A stretch of DNA of 63,123 bases, counting the filler, from Conidiobolus incongruus B7586 (taxonomy: Eukaryota): the NCBI GenBank assembly GCA_000697335.1. It is 14 parts of 14 records of this genome, joined end to end, with 100 filler letters (N's around TTAATTAATTAA, not from the genome) between each part and the next. Parts side by side here need not be neighbours in the genome. Positions count along the whole stretch, not along the records: positions 53,062 to 57,084 come from JNEM01000418.1; positions 57,185 to 61,167 come from JNEM01000420.1; positions 61,268 to 63,123 come from JNEM01000433.1; 11 more parts are not named here. One strand, 5' to 3'. Positions 54,501-63,123 of the stretch are shown here, one piece after another. The notes below the pieces were generated by a model. It saw only the letters and a list, made by a program, of their open reading frames with translations. It made no database searches and was not told the DNA's origin. Made by a program: the position numbers and the translations under genes. Position 1 is the stretch's first letter, and each line of letters starts with the position of its first letter.

Positions 54501-57500
54501 TCATATAGGTATATTTTTTTATTCAAATTTTAAAATTGATATAAAATTTATATACACAATTAATGTCTCTATTCAAACAATTAATTTTACTAAGTTTTTT
54601 TTTCAAAAAATTATATTATAACATTACGATTTGTTTTTTATATTTGTCAGTAATTTTTGAATAAAATTAAAATATCACAATTGATATTTACTAATTAATA
54701 TTATTTATATTGAAAATTTTGGATATAATAAGATTTATATTGATATAATGAATAATATACCTAGGGCTTATATTATTGTTTTATTTAAAACCTAAATACT
54801 AAATCATTTTTTAAAAATTCTATATATTCAATAATCTTTAATATAACATTCATTAATTTACCAATATCAGGATTTCTATTTTTTTATTCAACCATATTTA
54901 TCTTTATCTGACTATTAAAATATTAACCTTCATATATACGCTGATGTATCAATATTCACTATAATAGAATATATAATTCAGTTTTGGGAAAAATAATGAA
55001 TTTTGAAAATATATGGTCATTTAAGGTATTATTCTTATTTTATTTTGGTTATATAATTTACAGATATTTTTTATTTTTTGCTTTAGAAGACAAAGTTTAT
55101 ATATATAATTTTATTATTAAATCCAATTGATCACTTTTTAAATTTTGCCTTAGTTTATACTATAAACTTTTGAATCAATATATAATTAGTGGAACTGAGA
55201 TCAATGGTAAACACAAAATTGGTATAAAAGTATAATGTCAAATAATATAAGATTTTTGTAATAGGAGTGAGTATGATTTGAACTTAGATGGGTTAAAATT
55301 AATTCTTTATAGAATTGAAAACGAATCTTTGTAAATTAATTTTCCCAAGTAAAGGGTTCCCAAATATTCAAAAAATTTCAATTTGATTGATTTAATTTCA
55401 AATTGAAAAAAAGAAAACCAGCTGTAATTCTCATTAAAGTAAATATATTCTATAGCAGGATAAGGGCTTTATTATAGCTATTGATCTTATCTCTATTAAA
55501 ATTCTATACTATGTATTTAAACCAAATAATCGAAATATATGTAACCGATATGATAGTTTGGTCTAGTTCAAATATGGTAATACCATATACAGGTTTATTC
55601 ATAATATTGAGAGTAATGTAAAAATGTAATTTCAATTGCTTGATATCAAAATATATATGTAAAATATTATGAGCGAACAAATAAAATAGTCAAATTGAAT
55701 GTCATATAATTTGACTTTAAAATTTTGATTTATCAAATAAGAGGGAAAAAATATGTTCAGCTTGACAAATTATAAATATATTACAAAATTTGAGGAAAAT
55801 AGCATAATAAAATATAATAAAGAATATGAAAGGTTATATTTATCAAGTGTTAAGATAAAATTGACCCAAATATACTCTAATGTTATTTAAACACTCAATA
55901 TATGTATTGTGAGTAATATTTCATTTTATCATTAACAGTAATATATTTATTACAATTTTCAAATTTTGATTTTTTAAATTATTCAAAAAGATGATTTTAA
56001 ATTGTATGGTTGGATAAATTAAACTCTGTTTATGCTGATAAAGTAAATTAAAGTGAAAGTTTTAGATGATAAATTGTTATAAAAGAAAGTGTATATCTAT
56101 TTGTTAATTTTTTTATTCATAAGTAATTGATTTTGTTTTCATTGTATTATAATATGGTAATATATGAATATAATTAATAAAAGAGAATCTTATCCTAATT
56201 TGTAAAGGAAAATATCTAATAAGATATTAAAAATAAAATCAGGAAAATTTTAGCTATAAATTAGCATATTATATTTTAAAAAGATTAAAGTTATAATATT
56301 TATATACTCAATAGTCAGGTAAAATTGATTATAAGTTAAATAGTAATATAATTTGATTGATTAATTAAACTATTTATGAAAAAATGGTAATTATTTTATT
56401 TAAAGATATTATTGTTTAATATTTGAAAATATTATCAATATATATTTTTCCATAATATTATAAACATATTAAGTTAAAAACATAAATTTTTAATCAATTA
56501 TCATTGAATATTAATTGTTATAATTTCTTACATATTTATAATTATATAAATTAGTATAAATGATTTTGATAATATAGTCAAAATTTAAGTAATATTTAAA
56601 TACAAAATATATGATATAAATTAATATATTGATTATTTTTTATTTCAAGTTATTTTAGATTATTTAATTATAAAAATCTATATTTAATAAATTATTTTTA
56701 AGTTTAATCTCAGTTATAATTATAATCTTAAAAATGCATTAATTGAATATTATGAATAAAATAATAATCAGATTAATTATTGCTATATTTGTAATTAATT
56801 TTACCAAGCATTAAGGAGAATATTTAGCTATAAAAAGCTTGGCTTTGAATGATACTCTATATTACAAATATTTTATTACTTTTTAAATATTTCTTTAAAC
56901 TTTATATTGTTATACTAACTTACTTTCAGATTTTATCATTATTATATATATTTTTAACTGAAAAAATTCTTTATTAAATATAAAATTATAATATATATAT
57001 ATAGTGTTTGTTAATTTTATATAGTTTTTTAATTTTGTTCAATAGAAATACTAGAATAAATTATTATATTTTTAGTTTAAGTAANNNNNNNNNNNNNNNN
57101 NNNNNNNNNNNNNNNNNNNNNNNNNNNNTTAATTAATTAANNNNNNNNNNNNNNNNNNNNNNNNNNNNNNNNNNNNNNNNNNNNATATTATATTTAATAT
57201 AAGGAATAGTTATAATCTTTATTGAAGGTAAAATACTTTCAATTATTAAAAAATATTAATTAATATTTGTTAATCTATTAAATAATTATTATTAATTCAA
57301 GTTATATAGATTCTTAGATAATAAATTTTAATATTTCATTAATATAATTATAATTAAAAAACTTGCTTTTCTTTAACTTTATATATTATATTAATACTAT
57401 TATAAATATTTAGAATATTAAACTTTATATATTCTTGGGTTTAATTTAAAAATATAAACTTTGATTTTGTATAATTTTTTAAATTTCATAAATTTATTAA

Positions 57501-57951
57501 TTTCAAAAAATTTTTTTTATTTAGAAAAATTAATTTAAATCAAAAATAATAAGTATAGTTTGAAAATCGTTTCTCTTAGTTTAAAATAATTTGTGTGTGC
57601 AGATTTTATAATAAATATTTTGAATAATTCTATTTATCGTAAAATATTTATAATAAATATATTTTGAGTTTGAAAGGTATATTATGGAAAAATAAACTTT
57701 AATTTATTTATTAAAATTTAATAACTTAAATTTATAAAATAACTTAAATATAAACAAATAGAATATAAAATAAATATATATTCATGACCATATATAAATA
57801 TAAAAATATTCTAATTCTATTATAATATTTATTAACTCTTTTTTATAAGCCTGATTATTCATTTTAAAATTGATTAATATTAAAAGGAGATATTTAATAA
57901 AATATGCGATTTAATGTAATATTATACATATACTAAAATCTAAAGCTTTAA

Positions 57952-58289
57952 TATTAACAAGTCTTGGGTAAGATGTGTCCAGAGTAGTTTATGTAAATGA
58001 TTAGGTTCTGGGTAATTCTAAGTAATTATTAAGGAGATAAGGGGTTTATTAATTTTAGTCAAATAGCTGGAAGAACCCAGATCAAACTCTTCCTGCTAAG
58101 GATAGCATTAATCCCGGGTTATATATAATGTGTGTTAGGTAAGGTGATTCATGAGATTATCCGGTGACTTGCATCATCGGCCAATTAAAAAAATAGAGCA
58201 AGAGCAGATGGTATGTGAGGAGGAAATGAATTTAACATTAGGTTGATATAAGAATACTTGGGTAGAAGGGAGTCACCTGACTCGTAACA
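57952..58289 (-). mobile_element. LTR-like repeat, copy A (GC-retaining)
   Basis: The minus strand starts TGTTACGAG and carries TATATAA, TTGATCTGGG and AATAAAC. Homologous over its length to 60141-60463, including the identical 23-mer AAGTATTCTTATATCAACCTAAT. Confidence 0.65.
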
Positions 58290-58334
58290 ATATTTAAATT
58301 GTATGTGTTTATAGTTGAAAAGAATCATTTGGAT

Positions 58335-59303
58335 TTAGTAATTTGACTTAGAATTTGGCGTTCTAATAGCAATAACATAGTTCAATCTAGACCAAGGATA
58401 ATTGATGTATTCAGTACCGGTTTCAAATTTCCATCCAGGTATATCAATTTCTTTGATAAACTCCATCAACTCCTCATTGGTCCTGGTACGAAGGCAAGAG
58501 ATCGTACTGTCCCAGATCCATGTAAATAAAAGAACTGGAAAGATATAAAGAGTAATGATCATTGAAATGGGAATACGACGAATATAAAAAACAATGACAA
58601 AGAGTGGAAATAGGAGGCCCCTAATGAATAGTGCGTTAACTAATGCCATGATCTTTCTCTCGGTAATTTCTACAATTCTATAATCAAAATTGGTCAAAAA
58701 ATCAAAAACTAAAATGGAATTTTTGATTACTTACGCGAATCCATCCGAGTTCGCGAATGAATTACTTATTATCTTTCTGACAGATTCATCTGTAAAGTGG
58801 TGATAACATGCGTAAAATGTTTGGAAAACTCTATCAGCTTGAGGGAAATCGAAGGGTTTGGTCACATCAATAGGCTGCTCAATATAACTCAGGTAAGGAT
58901 TATCAGAGCATACTTTCTTCCAGGTTTCGATACTGGGGTACAGGTCGGAGAGATAAAATTTAATAGGCTTATCTAATTTGTCTTTGAGCAAAGCATTCAC
59001 ATGTCTGGAGATAATGGGATTTGGTCCAGATCCTCCAGAGCACATGTCCATTACTACTATTTCTTCGTCAGGGTACATTTCGGCCAATTTGGAGATGGCT
59101 CTACTGATTGGCTCAGAGGCTACTTGATAAGCAGGTCGGATCCAGCGTTTAATTTCAGGATATTTATCAGTAACGGATTTGGGCAATTCCATAGTCCACA
59201 ATATGTGTAAAATTAATCTTATTTGATATTTTAACATATCTGGAAACCAGTCCAAATCATGTAACTCGAAAAAATGAATTCTGGGCCACTTGAGTTTCAA
59301 CAT
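58335..59303 (-). CDS. Uncharacterised class I SAM-dependent methyltransferase-like protein with a C-terminal hydrophobic segment (303 aa); exons 59303-58735 and 58677-58335
   Basis: A 57-nt GTAAGT...TAG intron joins the two track ORFs. Motifs RIHFFELHDLDWFP, VMDMCSGGSGP (motif I), LSDLYP, YHHF and WDSTISCLRT. Confidence 0.85.
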
Positions 59304-60140
59304 ATGGGTGATATCTTATTGTTCAGATACAATTATTTTTAATATTTTGTATCGGAAATGGTGAAATATCCAATATTTATATTATTAAACGATTATGTAT
59401 TTTGAAACTTTACTTTCAATAAATTGTTAAAAGAGTTGGCACTTTAACAATTACTAATCAAAATGTATGCCAGGTTTTAACTGCATTGATATAATTAAAA
59501 ATATGTCCTAAAATAATTTCACCTCAATGAATACAATTGAAATTAAATCTTTGTATTGTATTTTACAGTATATTCGTGACTTGCTATTTTTAATGATATA
59601 TTTGAATAATTTCATATTAGCTGTGCAAACCATTATAATAAGAATTAAGAACATTATATTGTAAATTTTGTTTCATGCTTATAATTAATATTTTTTCAAT
59701 AGTAATTTATGCGAACCTGCGCATTTTTATACTTTTATCATTCTAATAACTGTGATATTCCTTTCATTTAACAGCATCTTTAAGAATTATGTTCAAAATA
59801 TTTCTGATTAGTTCATATAATTCGCTATTTCCTTAAAGAATTCAATTTAATTCAATATATAGAGTGCACATAAACTGTTCAAAATTTTTAATATGTTCAT
59901 TGCGAATTATTTTTAAATCTCAATTGCTTTTATACACATAATATATAAATATACCTTTGAATTATTATTTAAACTATCATTTATAAATATGTATATATTT
60001 CAAAGTTAAGTTGGTATTATACGAAAATAGTTATATAAAAATTATCATAAAAATTTAATTTTGCTTATAAAATGATAAAATTTTTAATTTATTTTTATAT
60101 TGATCATCAAAATTATAAAATATAATATAATATAATATAA

Positions 60141-60463
60141 TATAATAAATCAAATGATTCCTTTTTATCTAAGTATTCTTATATCAACCTAATAATAAAG
60201 TTATTTCCCCCTTGTATATTTTTTTCTTTTTTTAATTCACCAATGATATAAGTTACCAGAATATCTGATAAATTATCTTATCTAACTCACTATATAAAAC
60301 CCATAATTTATGCTATCCTAGTAAAAAAAATTAATCTAGGTCTTTTGAATTATTTTACTTAAATCAATAGACCCTTTAACTTTTTAATATTTATATAAAA
60401 TACACCAGATTTTTTTCTTTTATTTAAACCTTATTTGATATAGCTTTCCAAAGATATATTAAA
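60141..60463 (+). mobile_element. LTR-like repeat, copy B (heavily C->T/G->A mutated), inverted relative to copy A
   Basis: Colinear with the reverse complement of 57952-58289. Identical 23-mer at 60171-60193. The 3' end is approximate. Confidence 0.65.
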
Positions 60464-61544
60464 ATAATAATATTAAGATTGGTTTTTTATATATTAAAGA
60501 ATGATATTTATTATTATATAATATTAGTTGATATTTTTTAATAAATAAATTATATTATATATTAATCAATATTATTAAATCAATAGTGTTTAGATTATAA
60601 TAATTCAATTTATAATAATTATAATTTCAAATTAAAATTACAAACCAATATTAATAATTGGAAAAAATTTTCAATTATTAAATAAATTATAATTATCATA
60701 TTAAATTAAAAAATCATATTAAAAAACACCTATTTCTTGAACTAAATTATTATGTTGTTTTTAACCATTTAGTTATTTTATAAATAAAAATTAATAATAA
60801 AAACTAATATTAAATTTTTAAAAAAATATTAAAATATATTTTTTTAAATTTATTCCAAAATACCCAATTTATAAATATTTTTATAATCCATATAAAAATA
60901 TTAAATTATAATAAATATGAGATATTTATTTTACTCAAAAAACCTCATCTATAATAAGCAATTTTTATCTTATTTGCTAAATTTAATTAATTTTCCTTAA
61001 TTTTATAATACCCTATTATTTATAATTAATGATTTTGTATTTAAACCTTTAAACTTTATTTCACTTTATAATATAAATATTGTTTAATATATAGATTATT
61101 AAATATTAAAATATTATTGAATTTTTTCAATAATTATAAATCTATTTTATTTTATAATTATATCAAANNNNNNNNNNNNNNNNNNNNNNNNNNNNNNNNN
61201 NNNNNNNNNNNTTAATTAATTAANNNNNNNNNNNNNNNNNNNNNNNNNNNNNNNNNNNNNNNNNNNNTTTAATTTATAACTAAAATAATTATATACATTG
61301 GATTATTTGAAACTATAATATATAATTAAAATATATTATTTGATAATAAATAAATATAATTAAATATATTTAATAAACTATTAGCAAAAATATTAACCTT
61401 TAATATTTAATTAAGATGAGTTATAAATTTTTGAGTTTTTGAGATAAAAGGATATATTTAACAATATATAACCATATCTTCTTTCTTGCTATTATTTTAT
61501 ATAATATTTTACAGATATATTAAATTTCTTTCATTAATATTATT

Positions 61545-62561
61545 ATACTTAAATTTATTTCTAAAAAAATCCATTTGTATATCAATCAGCTTTATAAAGA
61601 AGGTAAATTAACTTATGATATTACTAGAATTACAAGTGTTAGCTAGTCTATTTTATCTAAAGTTATTAAGAATAACAATAAAAACACATTTGAATTTGAA
61701 CCTAGATATGTTAAAATTAAAGATAAATATGATAAGAACTATATCTATAGATTAGGTTAGTATAAGTAAGTATAATATTATTATAAAAATATAGCAAAAA
61801 TTATAAAACTATATAAGAATATTAGTTAGCATTAATATTATTATAAATGCTTTATATTAATATAGATACCACTTATACTTAAGAAAAAACATTCCTAACT
61901 AAAGAAATCATATTATAAAGTTAGGTGGGAGTTTAAATTTTGTTATTAATATTAAGCTAAAATTAATTAAATTAAGGTTATTTAATCTAATGAAATAAAA
62001 ATATACTGTAGTAAATTTGATAAAAAAGTTAGATATTTCAAAAAAGATATAAAATTATTTTATGACTATTATGTTAATTTTACCCAAAAGTATAATAATA
62101 GGTTAATTATTATTTAGGGATATATATTATCTTTTGATATAAAATATCTTTGTAAAGTTAATAAAGGAATTAATGCTAAGATATACCAAAGTATTTTAAA
62201 TAATAAATTAAAAAAAATCATTGAATAATATAAATTAGACAAATCTAATATTATTTTCTAATAAGATAATACCTCTTATTATATTATAGCTTTTACTATC
62301 AAATAGCTTAAAAATAACAAGATAATAGTTATAAAGTAGCTTCTTTAATTTCCTAATTTTAATCTAATTAAATATCTTTAAAATTAGTTAAAAAAAGCTA
62401 TTAAAGCTTTCCCTTAAACAAAAAATTTAAATTAGTTTTGGAAATATATTTAAGAAGCATAGAATAAGATTAACCTTTTTTAGTATAAGAAGTTAGTTAA
62501 TTCTATACCCAAATAACTTAAAAAAGTTAAAAAAGCTAAAGGTAGATATATTAAGTTTTAA
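61545..62561 (+). pseudogene. Full-length Tc1-family DD34E transposase relic, inactivated by massive C->T/G->A mutation
   Basis: The frame reads N*IKVI*SNEIK...QKYNNRLIII*GYI...NIIF**DNTSYY...K*LL*FPNFNLIKYL*...LVNSIPK*LKKVKKAKGRYIKF*. This corresponds to Tc1 motifs W..VIWSDETK, KHGGG..M.WG, FQQDNAPCH, WPPQSPDLNPIEHLW and LVDSMPKRL..V.KAKGG.TK. D-to-E spacing is 34 codons; the span is 339 codons, with small internal frameshifts. Confidence 0.92.
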
Positions 62562-63123
62562 TTTTTTTTATTAGCAAAATCCTATAAATTTATCTTACCT
62601 TAGGTAAAGTTTAAGGTTTTTGTTTTAACCAATTACTAACTAAATATCATCTTTTAATGTTATATACTATTAACAAATATAATAGATTTTAATTATTTAA
62701 TTTAAGTTTATTTAATTAAATATTGATTAAGTTATTAATAAAAATATAATTGTTTTTGATTTTATGACTCATTTTTATAAGTTAGTATATATTTGTTTAT
62801 TTAAAACTAATAATATAATTAAGATATCTAAGATTAAAAAATTTGTATTATTTTAAATTTATGATATTTTAATTAAGTTTACTTAATAATTATATTTTAA
62901 TATTTTAAATTATTATAAATTAAAAAATCAATAAATATTAAAATATTTATTGATTAAAAAAGTTTTTATATTTGAATTTAATGTTTTGTATAATATAATA
63001 ATTTTTATAATTATATAGCTACAAAATTATAAAATAATATTAAAACAAAATATTTTAACTATTATTATAATAGGCTAATAGATAATAAAAATAAAATTGA
63101 TAAAAATGTTTTTTAAAATTATA

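Noticed and set aside
45975..59210. Small ORFs overlapping the MDR reductase, MTG1 and methyltransferase genes
   Set aside because: Antisense or alternate-frame shadows of confidently identified genes.
5023..61267. Regularly spaced TTAATTAATTAA flanked by N runs, resembling a repeat array or chromosome-breakage signal
   Set aside because: Fixed 44+12+44 structure with six-frame stops is an assembly linker, not biology.
1..63123. Prokaryotic systems (CRISPR, operons), rRNA/tRNA genes, alternative genetic code
   Set aside because: None seen. Genes have spliceosomal introns and translate with the standard code, ending in TAA, TAG or TGA.

Overview
This window is not one contiguous locus. It is 14 short (about 4-5 kb), extremely AT-rich eukaryotic contigs joined by 13 identical artificial 100-nt linkers (N44-TTAATTAATTAA-N44), so gene order across linkers means nothing. 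Genes have short (about 45-60 nt) GT-AG introns. Gene content (animal-type PTPS, class-A-like GPCR, Cys-motif HSC20) suggests an early-diverging fungus, possibly Conidiobolus-like; this taxon call is inference. Hand-spliced genes: Tvp15/COPI-associated-like membrane protein, secreted Asn-repeat protein, 4-EF-hand calmodulin-like protein, secreted protein with a C-terminal I78/potato-I-type inhibitor domain, a 58-aa PP1-docking micropeptide, two multi-TM receptors, an LEA_2-like protein, PTS, HSC20/JAC1, an ETR/MDR reductase, RRP46, MTG1 and an uncharacterised SAM-dependent methyltransferase. The strongest unexplained signal is absent from the ORF track: repeats destroyed almost entirely by C->T/G->A transitions. 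A full-length Tc1-type DD34E transposase (61545-62561) can be restored to consensus motifs by reversing such transitions. Two copies of an LTR-like repeat (57952-58289 and 60141-60463) differ almost only by one-directional C->T/G->A changes in the segments counted. This looks like RIP-like or methylation-driven genome defence with broad cytosine context, in what appears to be a non-Dikarya fungus.
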